The position numbers and the translations under genes are program-made. Source: a virus (taxonomy: Duplodnaviria; Caudoviricetes). Taken from it: a stretch of DNA of 41,267 bases. The notes beneath the pieces are model-generated. The model was not told the origin of the DNA. It worked only from the letters and a program-made list of their open reading frames with translations, and searched no databases. The stretch spans positions 1 to 41,267 of IMG/VR virus record IMGVR_UViG_3300033076_001172. One strand, written 5' to 3'. Numbering within the stretch: position 1 is the first letter of the stretch; the number at the start of each line of letters is the position of its first letter. This document shows positions 16,393 through 23,956 of the stretch, one piece after another.

Positions 16393-16694
16393 GTGCTGAC
16401 ACCTGCGGCGGCGAGATACCACTGTTTGGCGATCTCGGCCAGCACCGGCGCCTCCTGCTCGTACAGGCTCTCCGCCGAGATCGGGAGGGTCTGTCCGTCC
16501 TCACCTTCGAGGTTCCAGCGCTTGACGTGCTCGGCCAGCAGGGCGCCAAGGCGCTCCTCGTCCTGGCCGACGCGCAGCGCCTTGATCTCGTTGAGGGTGG
16601 CGACGCTGGTGGAGCGCATGTCGATCTCCAGCCCCGCTAGGTCGGTGCTTTCGTCCCACCGGAGCTTGTACGTTCGGTTCAGCCTGAAGCCCAT
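16323..16694 (-). CDS. Tail assembly chaperone (gpG-like)
   Basis: WNLEGEDG motif, located between the major tail and tape measure genes. Confidence 0.8.
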   Translation of the reverse strand: MGFRLNRTYKLRWDESTDLAGLEIDMRSTSVATLNEIKALRVGQDEERLGALLAEHVKRWNLEGEDGQTLPISAESLYEQEAPVLAEIAKQWYLAAAGVSTPLALESTSSATSAEESIPMETL

Positions 16695-16721
16695 TCTCGC
16701 TCTCCCTGTTTGATGATGCGG

Positions 16722-17129
16722 TTAAGACCAGGTGGGGACGGTCCCATCGGCCAGCACGCCGGGCGCCGTCCATGTCAGCTCGCCACTCTGCGCGCGGGTG
16801 AGTGCATAGTCGGTGTAGAGCAACTCTCCGGCGAGGGTCTGGCCGGACACGGTGAGCGTGGTGGTCCGGGCGACGCTCGTGCTCGGCACCGTCTTGAACA
16901 CCGCGTGGCACTGGCCGGTGGCGTCGTTGAACACCCCGTTGAGCGTGATGGTGAAATCGGCCAGCAGGTGCAGACGCTCAAAGGCCGATTTGTCGACGCC
17001 GGTCACGTCCTGAACGCCGCGCGGGGTGGCGAACTGAAAGTTCGTGACATCGTTCCTGATGTCGCGAGCCGTCCCGCCGCTGTCATCGACGGAGAGGGTG
17101 CTCCAGCCGAGTCCGGTTTCCTTCGCCAT
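16722..17129 (-). CDS. Major tail (tube) protein
   Basis: DVTGVDKSAFERL...DFTITLNGVFND motifs, strong RBS and gene position. Confidence 0.75.
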   Translation of the reverse strand: MAKETGLGWSTLSVDDSGGTARDIRNDVTNFQFATPRGVQDVTGVDKSAFERLHLLADFTITLNGVFNDATGQCHAVFKTVPSTSVARTTTLTVSGQTLAGELLYTDYALTRAQSGELTWTAPGVLADGTVPTWS

Positions 17130-17140
17130 GAGTTACTCCT

Positions 17141-17551
17141 CTATCCCCGTCGCCGAGCGTCGGCGATCGTCTGCTGGTGAGTGGCGAAATCGTCCACCCA
17201 ATCGGCGCTGCGGCGCGAGATCGGCGCGCTCAGTCCGTCACGCACCCGGTAGAACGGCTCGCGTTGCAGCGACTTACGGTGCTGCGATCGCCGAAAACAC
17301 GGCTGACCAGCCTCGAAGACGAACGTGTTCGTCCCGTCCTCGTTGCACACCGGGCCGGCGAACCGGTACTTCCCGCGGAGCGCGAGCACCTGAGCGTGCT
17401 CCGGCGTTCCCGGCAGGACGGTGGTTTTCCACCCGTTCGCCCACGCTGCGCACTCCACTTCCTCGCACGTCGCCGGCCGGAAGTGCGTCGGGATCGGCGC
17501 GATGATCTGATAGGTGCGCGTCGCGTCAGGAGTCAGCTTCGGCACGATCAT
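17141..17551 (-). CDS. Conserved virion-region hypothetical protein
   Basis: ATCEEVEC...GW and FEAGQPCF motifs, within the tail module. Confidence 0.7.
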   Translation of the reverse strand: MIVPKLTPDATRTYQIIAPIPTHFRPATCEEVECAAWANGWKTTVLPGTPEHAQVLALRGKYRFAGPVCNEDGTNTFVFEAGQPCFRRSQHRKSLQREPFYRVRDGLSAPISRRSADWVDDFATHQQTIADARRRG

Positions 17552-17759
17552 CGCGCTGCACCTCCCGGATCACCTGGATGTCCCCGTCGAGCGCCTTGAT
17601 CACGCCGACTCCGCTCTCGTCGGCGTAGCCCTGTACGTGCACCGTGACCGGCTTGCCGTATTCGATCTCGATGATGAGCTTGCGCACTATGTTCGGATCG
17701 ATGCCGAGAGCGCGCACCGCGTCGAGTAGTGCTGAGTGGTGACCTGCCATCTTCGCCAT
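17526..17759 (-). CDS. Small inserted hypothetical protein
   Basis: Preceded by GGAGGGGCGAA. Confidence 0.7.
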   Translation of the reverse strand: MAKMAGHHSALLDAVRALGIDPNIVRKLIIEIEYGKPVTVHVQGYADESGVGVIKALDGDIQVIREVQRDDRAEADS

Positions 17760-17769
17760 TTCGCCCCTC

Positions 17770-18498
17770 CTAGAAACTGACTGTCGTCTCGTTGCGTACG
17801 GCGTTCACGACGAACGAGGCGCTGGTGAACGTGCCCGTCGTCACCACCCGCAGATACCGGCGCACCGTGGCGTTGTTCGCGGTCGCGATCCGCTCGAACG
17901 TGGCGCCCGTGGCGCTGGTGAACGCTCCGCCCGTCAAGTCGGCGAACGTCACGTTGTCCGCCGAATCCTGGACCTTCACCACCACGGACGTGCCGGTGAA
18001 GGCGGTGAGGTGGAGGTAGAACTGTGCGCCGAACGCGCTCGACGCCGCCCCGTCAAGGCTCGCGCCGTTCGTCGCCGTGGTGTCGGTGCGCAGACCGGCG
18101 GTAAGCTGCTGACCCCACTCGATCCCGTAGCCGTCGGACTGCAACGACACCCCGAAGCTGAAGCTGCCATCCTGGCCGCGCGCGCCGTCGTAGTTGACCT
18201 GGACCGCGCGGCAGGAAGCCGCCGGCGCGCCGATCGCAGCACCCCGCCCGTACGTCCCGATCACGTCGGTGCGCGGGAGGGCGCGTAGGGTGAGGTGCGC
18301 TCTGGCCGGGTTGAACCACGACGTGAACTCGATCGCTCCGGTCCGCAGCCCGCCGTCACGATCGTAGCCACCTTGCGTGATGTCGGTCAGATCGAGCGGG
18401 TTCGGCCCCCCGCCGATCCGCTGCAAGCTGCCGATGTCGCCGGACAGATCGACACCGTTCAACCAGAACCGGTCACCGAGGCCGGTTTGCTTCGCCAT
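17770..18498 (-). CDS. Tail-tube-like structural protein with a C-terminal beta-sandwich
   Basis: MAKQTGLG N-terminus similar to 16722..17129, plus VQDSADNVTFADL and RRYLRV motifs. Confidence 0.7.
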   Translation of the reverse strand: MAKQTGLGDRFWLNGVDLSGDIGSLQRIGGGPNPLDLTDITQGGYDRDGGLRTGAIEFTSWFNPARAHLTLRALPRTDVIGTYGRGAAIGAPAASCRAVQVNYDGARGQDGSFSFGVSLQSDGYGIEWGQQLTAGLRTDTTATNGASLDGAASSAFGAQFYLHLTAFTGTSVVVKVQDSADNVTFADLTGGAFTSATGATFERIATANNATVRRYLRVVTTGTFTSASFVVNAVRNETTVSF

Positions 18499-18512
18499 GT
18501 GTCAGCCTCTCG

Positions 18513-18971
18513 TCACGGACTCTGGGTGAACGCGTCGTTCACGATCACGGGGATCGTGACGTCGATGGTGCGGTACGTCTGCTTGTCGATGGTGGCGTAC
18601 CCGAACCGCGCGCTGAGCGCGTTGCCCTGCGCGCCGAGCACATCCACGTTGCGCACGTTCCCGCCCAACTCGAAATCGCCGGAGTACGCAGAGAATAGGA
18701 CGTCGAGCGCGTCCACCAGCGTCGGATCGATGTCGTCTTCGGGTTGCGACACGAACGGCTTGTAGATCCGTCCGGCCAACTCAAGGCGCGCGGTGGTCGC
18801 GGCCAGACCGGAGCCGGTACGCGCCGGGCCGATCGTGCTCATGAACACGGCGTAGTGCAGCCCCATCCCCGGCATCGACTTAGGCTCGTGCGCGTGCACC
18901 GTATCGAACACGCCGAGCGCGCGCGCATGCGACACCAGCGCGTTGATCACGGCGTTGATCCCGAGCGCCAT
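18513..18971 (-). CDS. Tail terminator/completion protein
   Basis: HEPKS and YSGDFELGGNV motifs, neck-module position. Start set at ATG 18971. Confidence 0.65.
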   Translation of the reverse strand: MALGINAVINALVSHARALGVFDTVHAHEPKSMPGMGLHYAVFMSTIGPARTGSGLAATTARLELAGRIYKPFVSQPEDDIDPTLVDALDVLFSAYSGDFELGGNVRNVDVLGAQGNALSARFGYATIDKQTYRTIDVTIPVIVNDAFTQSP

Positions 18972-19345
18972 CACGCACCGCCCAGTTTCGGCAGGTGCGC
19001 GCGCACGACGGGTTCGGCGACGGACTCTGCGCGCGCATCGAGCGCGCGCGTCGTGATCTCGAAGCTGCGGTAGCCCTTGAAGCGCGTGACGGGGAAGTTG
19101 CGCGACCCCACGCCTTCCAGCCACCAGTGATAGATCACGCTTTCGCCGGTCACCTCGATACCACCGCGCCGATGGATCTGCTCGATCTGCGTCCAGTAGT
19201 ACGGGGTGGGTTTGCGGATCACCTGGATCAGCCGGCCGAGCACCATGTTCTGACCCTGATCCGCGAGCGCCTGCTCGACGTCGCGCACCATGTCACGCAC
19301 GACGTTGGCAGCAACGCCGTTGAACAAGGGTCCGGACAGTTCCAC
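18971..19345 (-). CDS. Neck protein (HK97 gp10-like)
   Basis: IYHWWLEGVGSRN...FKGY motif and position. The start is uncertain (GTG 19345 or CTG 19363). Confidence 0.6.
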   Translation of the reverse strand: MELSGPLFNGVAANVVRDMVRDVEQALADQGQNMVLGRLIQVIRKPTPYYWTQIEQIHRRGGIEVTGESVIYHWWLEGVGSRNFPVTRFKGYRSFEITTRALDARAESVAEPVVRAHLPKLGGA

Positions 19346-19359
19346 GCTCTGATCGTATC

Positions 19360-20439
19360 TCAGATGGACCTGAGCCGGATCCGGCCGTACGCGCTGATCA
19401 CGCGCTCTTCTAACGCACGGATGCCGATCGCGCCGACATCCCCACCCGCGCGCTTCGCGCTCAGCCCCCCGCGATCCATGATGTGCGCGAGCGAGCGCGC
19501 GTAGCCGACATCCTCCTGCGCGCGCCGGTCGATGGCGTAGGCGATCGCCAGCTGCTCGGCCAGTGGGGGAGGCTGGTAGATCGCGAGCGCGCTCGCGCTC
19601 GCATGCGCGCTCGCGCTCGTTCCGAGCTGCGCGCGCTCGACGGTGCACGCGCGCTCCCACAGCACCGGCGCGCCGAGCGTGTGGCCCGCGAGCGTCGAGC
19701 CGTCAGCTGCGCGCGTCACCGTCAGCACGTTCCCGACGATCGCCCGGACGATCATGCGCTCGCTGTCGATCGCGATCGTCTCCCCGGCCAGGAACGCGCT
19801 ACCGGTGGCGACGGTGACGGACTGATCGGCCATGCTGGCGGTGAGCGCGCTCGCTGTCTGGCCGGAGTCGGCGAACGCGCGCGCGCTCACGATGACGCGC
19901 TCACTCCCGGCCAGCACGATCGAGCCGATCCCGACAGGCGCATTGATGATCCACTCGTCGGCGCTCGCGCTCACGCTCGCGCCGAGCGTCCACGACGCGC
20001 GCGCGCGATCCTCCCCGAGCGTGCCCCACACCCCGGCGATGGACAGCGAGCGCTGTCCCGTCCCGTCGCCGATCTCCAGTGCGAGCGCGCTCGCCGTGTC
20101 GATCTCCAGCGCGTGGTACGGCGGGCCGGACGCCGGCCACCCGAGCGCGCTCGCGAGCACGTCCACTCCGCCGGAGGTGATCGCGCTGAACGAGTGGAGG
20201 CGGAATTCGTCGAGCCACGCGCGGTACGCCGACCTGCTGTCGTGGGTCGGCCAATCGAACGCGATCGTCCCGGACCACGGGGCGAACGCTGGGCGGCGTT
20301 CGTCGCCGAGCGAGACGAGCGCGTCCACGTCCCTGCTGGCCGACTGGAGCGCGTCGAGAATCTGTTCGGCTTGGTAGGCGGTCGCGCTCACGTCGGTGGC
20401 GCGCGCCACTTTCTCAACGGTGGAGTAGACGGCGCGCAT
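19360..20439 (-). CDS. Head-to-tail adaptor-like protein with beta-rich insertions
   Basis: YSTVEKV...ASRDVD N-terminus, two ER.IV...VTRA..G repeats and a C-terminal YGR. Confidence 0.7.
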   Translation of the reverse strand: MRAVYSTVEKVARATDVSATAYQAEQILDALQSASRDVDALVSLGDERRPAFAPWSGTIAFDWPTHDSRSAYRAWLDEFRLHSFSAITSGGVDVLASALGWPASGPPYHALEIDTASALALEIGDGTGQRSLSIAGVWGTLGEDRARASWTLGASVSASADEWIINAPVGIGSIVLAGSERVIVSARAFADSGQTASALTASMADQSVTVATGSAFLAGETIAIDSERMIVRAIVGNVLTVTRAADGSTLAGHTLGAPVLWERACTVERAQLGTSASAHASASALAIYQPPPLAEQLAIAYAIDRRAQEDVGYARSLAHIMDRGGLSAKRAGGDVGAIGIRALEERVISAYGRIRLRSI

Positions 20440-21422
20440 CAGGATCCCCTCACGATGTGTCCACCGAAACCGCAGTGCAGCCCGCGCTCGGTGCGGTCCA
20501 GTGGCCACCCGTGGAACGGGCAGTCGAGCGGGTGCTCGATCCGGTGCTGATTGATCTGATGATCGGCGCGCGCGGACTGGAGCACGGTCAACAGTCCATC
20601 CCATGATCCGCCCACTTCGGGCGCCGGTCCGGGCGGTGCGTCGATGATCGGTTCGCCGAGCGCGACCGGTGCGCTGATCCCGGCGGGGAAGATGGTCGGC
20701 CGGATGGTGGGCGAACCGAGCGTGACCGGTGCGCTGATCCCCGCAGGAGTCGCGCTCACGCTGAACGCCGCCGACGGCGCGCCCAGCGTGACGGGTGCCT
20801 CCACGCCACCCGGTGCGGCACTGGCCGTGAACGCCAGCGTCGGTGCGCCGAGCGCGATCGGCACCTCGATGCCGTTCGGAACGAGAGGCGCGGCACCCGC
20901 GGTGAACTCGACGTCAACGAAGTAGCTCGTGCCGTTGCCCGCGCCGGACGGGTAGCCGGCGGCGGCATTGATCAGGAACGTGCCCTGTCGCAGGCTGCCC
21001 AGCAGGACCGGATCGTCGCCGTTCGCGTCGGCGGTGATATCGCCGTTGACCACGTCGGACGTGAAAAAGGACGTAGTGGCGACGTAGCGGCCAGCACCGG
21101 AGAACAGGCACGTGCGGTAGAGCGTGTTCGTCGCCACCGATACCGGGGTGTCGAACGTGATCGTGTTCCACGTCCCCGCCGTCGGGGCGCTCCCCAGTGT
21201 CTTGCTGGCCAGCAGCGTCCCGGCAGGGCTGACGTCGTCCGCCGCGTCCACTCGGTAGAGCAGACCGGTGTACGTCCCGCTCACCGTCGCCGTGGCGTAG
21301 AACCTGACCCCCGTGACCGTGCCCTCTTGCGCGAACCGGACCGTCGTAGCCGTGGTGATACCCGGCGCGCCGTCGGACGCGTCGGTGACGGTGGGGGTCT
21401 GGGAGGTGAACAGGTTCGCCAT
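20439..21422 (-). CDS. DUF4082-domain virion protein with Pro-rich repeats and a Cys/His C-terminal domain
   Basis: GTVTGVRFY, WNTITFDTPV and YFVDVEF motifs, four P.G...PV.LG.P repeats and CPFHGWPL...LHCGFGG. Confidence 0.75.
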   Translation of the reverse strand: MANLFTSQTPTVTDASDGAPGITTATTVRFAQEGTVTGVRFYATATVSGTYTGLLYRVDAADDVSPAGTLLASKTLGSAPTAGTWNTITFDTPVSVATNTLYRTCLFSGAGRYVATTSFFTSDVVNGDITADANGDDPVLLGSLRQGTFLINAAAGYPSGAGNGTSYFVDVEFTAGAAPLVPNGIEVPIALGAPTLAFTASAAPGGVEAPVTLGAPSAAFSVSATPAGISAPVTLGSPTIRPTIFPAGISAPVALGEPIIDAPPGPAPEVGGSWDGLLTVLQSARADHQINQHRIEHPLDCPFHGWPLDRTERGLHCGFGGHIVRGS

Positions 21423-21441
21423 GGGCGCGCGGCCTACCCGA

Positions 21442-21870
21442 TCAGCTCAACCGGAAGATCTTATCCGTGCCACTCGACCACGTGACCGCGGTGGTGCCGG
21501 TGCCCGGCTGAACCGGCAGGCCGGTCCCGGTGTCGAAGTAGGCGATGACGCGCTGCGAGCCTGCGGCGACGTCGCTGCCACCGGTGACGGCGCTCGACTG
21601 GAACAGCAGCAACCCGTGGTTGCTGGCCGAGGCGGTGGTGTCGATCGTGGTGTCGTCGGCATCGAACACGCCGCTGGTGATCGTCTTGTTCGCGAGCGCG
21701 GTACTCGTGCCGTTCAGCGTGCCGCCGGCGCCGGTCACGTCAGCCACCGTCGAGTGCGAGGTGGAGAACGTGTAGCCGCGCACCAGCGCGCACTTGATCA
21801 CGGCGGTATCGAGATCGATCGCGCCGCCGAGCAATCCCTCGCGCGCGGTGTTGTACAGGGCGTTCGCCAT
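21442..21870 (-). CDS. Virion structural protein
   Basis: IDLDTAVIKCALV, GVFDADD and IAYFDT...GLPVQP motifs. Leaderless start 7 nt after TACCAT. Confidence 0.75.
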   Translation of the reverse strand: MANALYNTAREGLLGGAIDLDTAVIKCALVRGYTFSTSHSTVADVTGAGGTLNGTSTALANKTITSGVFDADDTTIDTTASASNHGLLLFQSSAVTGGSDVAAGSQRVIAYFDTGTGLPVQPGTGTTAVTWSSGTDKIFRLS

Positions 21871-21889
21871 GGCTGCCATGGTACGCGAA

Positions 21890-21919
21890 AACGCCGCACC
21901 CTGATCAGGGTGCGGCGTT
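21890..21919. repeat. Perfect palindrome centred on CCTGATCAGG
   Basis: AACGCCGCACCCTGATCAGGGTGCGGCGTT. Confidence 0.85.
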
Positions 21920-21934
21920 CCGGGTTGCGCGGGA

Positions 21935-22399
21935 TCAGGCGGCGGCGATGGATGCGCCGTCGTCGAGCGGAAGGTACGTGACGTCCCACTTGATCGAGCC
22001 GGTGTTGCTGGCCGAGGTCAGGATGTCCAGGGTGCCGGGGTTCAGGACGAAACCAGTGCCGAGCGGAGTGCCCGCGCCGCCGGCGTTCTGGACCTGAAGC
22101 GCCGAGCCGAACGTCACCGGGAGGGTGAACGTCGATCCGATCTCCTTGCTGGCCGAGGCGACGACGGACGCGAGCACGACGTCGGTCCCGGTGGTCGGGT
22201 TGCCGATGACGGAGAGGTTCGTCGCGGTCGCGCCGGTCGCGGTGGTGACGGTACCCACCAGCGAGGTGACGATCACGCGGCCAGTGGACACGGTGAAGAT
22301 CGCGGCCTGCGCGGTCTGCGGCAGGGTGGCTGTGGCGCGCGAGACCTTGAGGCCGAGTGCGGCCTTGAGGAATGCCGCGCCGTCGTTGAGGACGCTCAC
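21935..22399 (-). CDS. Virion structural (head decoration-like) protein
   Basis: Thr/Ala/Gly-rich beta protein ending YLPLDDGA, with a GTGA overlap. Confidence 0.7.
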   Translation of the reverse strand: MSVLNDGAAFLKAALGLKVSRATATLPQTAQAAIFTVSTGRVIVTSLVGTVTTATGATATNLSVIGNPTTGTDVVLASVVASASKEIGSTFTLPVTFGSALQVQNAGGAGTPLGTGFVLNPGTLDILTSASNTGSIKWDVTYLPLDDGASIAAA

Positions 22400-22842
22400 G
22401 CGGTCACGCTCCGCAGGTTCGCGGGGGTGCGCTGGTAGGCGAGATCGTGGAGCACCGCGAACGCGATGCCCGATCCGTCGACCGTGCACTTGACGTACTC
22501 GTACCGCACTCCGTTGACGACGGGACACATCGGAGCGAGCACCTCGATCGCGATCAGGTCCTCGGTGCCGTCGGCGGCGTTGACGGTGGCGCTGAGCGAC
22601 TGCGTGGTCTTGTGCCACACTCCCGAGCTGACATCGAACGACTTGCCGTAGAAGTGATCGATCACGGCGGGCTGCGAGGTGGCCGTGCCCGCGGCGTCGG
22701 TGGCGAACGTCAGAACGGCCTGCGTCGCGCCGTCCACTTCGTGGACGAAGAACGTCACCCCCGCGGCATCCGCGAGGCTGATGTAGACGTCGTCGGCGGG
22801 GTAGTGGGCATTGATCAGGCGCCCGAGTGCTTCACTGAGCAT
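22396..22842 (-). CDS. Capsid-associated (decoration) protein
   Basis: First same-strand gene after the capsid, with an AAGGA RBS and EALGRL...HDLAYQRTPANL motifs. Confidence 0.7.
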   Translation of the reverse strand: MLSEALGRLINAHYPADDVYISLADAAGVTFFVHEVDGATQAVLTFATDAAGTATSQPAVIDHFYGKSFDVSSGVWHKTTQSLSATVNAADGTEDLIAIEVLAPMCPVVNGVRYEYVKCTVDGSGIAFAVLHDLAYQRTPANLRSVTA

Positions 22843-22857
22843 GATGGTTCCTTCGCT

Positions 22858-22912
22858 GCCGGGGTTTCAATGCCGGCTAGACGAGCCCTGTACCGGGGGG
22901 TTGATTGCCCGG
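22858..22912 (-). promoter_or_regulatory. Twin leader hairpins with related 10-nt loops
   Basis: CCGGG-CAATCAACCC-CCCGG and GCCGG-CATTGAAACC-CCGGC on the minus strand. Confidence 0.55.
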
Positions 22913-22930
22913 CCAGGGTGGACGCTCCCA

Positions 22931-23003
22931 TCGTACAGGTTTGCCTGGAACCGCTGGTTTGACCGGATCAGGCAAACCAGCGGTTCCCGGCAAGCCTGTA
23001 CGA
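22931..23003. repeat. Long imperfect inverted repeat (~31-bp arms)
   Basis: TCGTACAGGTTTGCCTGGAACCGCTGGTTTG-ACCGGATCAGG-CAAACCAGCGGTTCCCGGCAAGCCTGTACGA. Confidence 0.85.
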
Positions 23004-23015
23004 GCGACAGCTATC

Positions 23016-23044
23016 TAGCGCGCAGAAATCTGACGTGCTAGAAT
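23016..23044 (+). promoter_or_regulatory. Cassette-family promoter
   Basis: TAGCGC-N17-TAGAAT, with GAGGGGCGAA at 23066-23075. Confidence 0.65.
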
Positions 23045-23076
23045 CGTGTAGACAGTGAAGAACGAGAGGGGCGAAT

Positions 23077-23262
23077 ATGGGCAAAGGGTTGGACTTCCTG
23101 CGGATCATCGTGATCGGGTTTGCGCTCGGCTCCGGCGCGAACCTGGTGGCAGCGAATCCGCCGAGCGCGATGGAGGACTGGGCGCTCTGGACTCTCGGCC
23201 ATGCCGTGATCGTCCTGGCGGTCGTGATGCTCGTCAAGCTGGCACGAGGGGGGCGCAAGTGA
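23077..23262 (+). CDS. Small two-TM membrane protein (counter-oriented cassette)
   Basis: Two hydrophobic helices, preceded by the GAGGGGCGAA element. Confidence 0.75.
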   Translation: MGKGLDFLRIIVIGFALGSGANLVAANPPSAMEDWALWTLGHAVIVLAVVMLVKLARGGRK

Positions 23263-23459
23263 GCAGGCGCAATCACGACAAGCGGGGCGGCGGGGAATTC
23301 CCTGACGATCCCTACCTGAACAAGGTCGCGAGGCGCGAGGCGAAAGAGATCGACGCCAAGACGACGCGCGACCACCAGGGCCGGGACGTCTACCCGCGCG
23401 GCAAGGTGAACCCGTCGCACCGCACGGACAGTCGGGACCAACAGGGACGGAGAGGCTGA
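23259..23459 (+). CDS. Small highly charged protein
   Basis: GTGA overlap with the upstream gene. Rich in R/D/K. Confidence 0.65.
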   Translation: MSRRNHDKRGGGEFPDDPYLNKVARREAKEIDAKTTRDHQGRDVYPRGKVNPSHRTDSRDQQGRRG

Positions 23460-23461
23460 TC

Positions 23462-23884
23462 ATGGCAATGATCGATATGGATGAGGAGGATCTGCGTCGC
23501 CTGTACGATCTGGCGACGGACTCTCCGCTCATGTGCTCCGGCAGCTTCGAGACCGATGATGTGCGCGTGCTCCGGCGCCTCGGCCGGAAGATCGGCGCTG
23601 ACTTGAGCGCAGCGACGCCGGACGAATTCGCGCGCGACTACCCGCACGAATTCAAGCCGACACACTACCAGTCCGAACGGCGATGGATCGGCACCGATCG
23701 GACATTCGGTCGATCAGTATGGGAGACCGAAGCCGAAGCGCTCGCGCGCCTCGGCGGGTCGTATCCGGACGAGTGCATCGCAGGCACGCACGAGCGGCGA
23801 TGCATGCGTCCGGCCGATCACCCGATCCACCAGCCGGACGCGCCGGAACCGACATCCGACCCGGACGACATGATCGACGAATAG
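23462..23884 (+). CDS. Hypothetical protein
   Basis: GGAGAGG RBS and a H...C...C...HPIH pattern. Confidence 0.7.
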   Translation: MAMIDMDEEDLRRLYDLATDSPLMCSGSFETDDVRVLRRLGRKIGADLSAATPDEFARDYPHEFKPTHYQSERRWIGTDRTFGRSVWETEAEALARLGGSYPDECIAGTHERRCMRPADHPIHQPDAPEPTSDPDDMIDE

Positions 23885-23895
23885 GACGAGACAGC

Positions 23896-23927
23896 AAAAC
23901 ACCCCCCGTTGGCGCGGGGGGTGTTTT
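23896..23927. terminator. Bidirectional terminator between the cassette and the capsid gene
   Basis: AAAACACCCCCCG...CGGGGGGTGTTTT. Confidence 0.85.
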
Positions 23928-23956
23928 CGCGTTGGTGCTCTACCGCGTCGAGCCTA

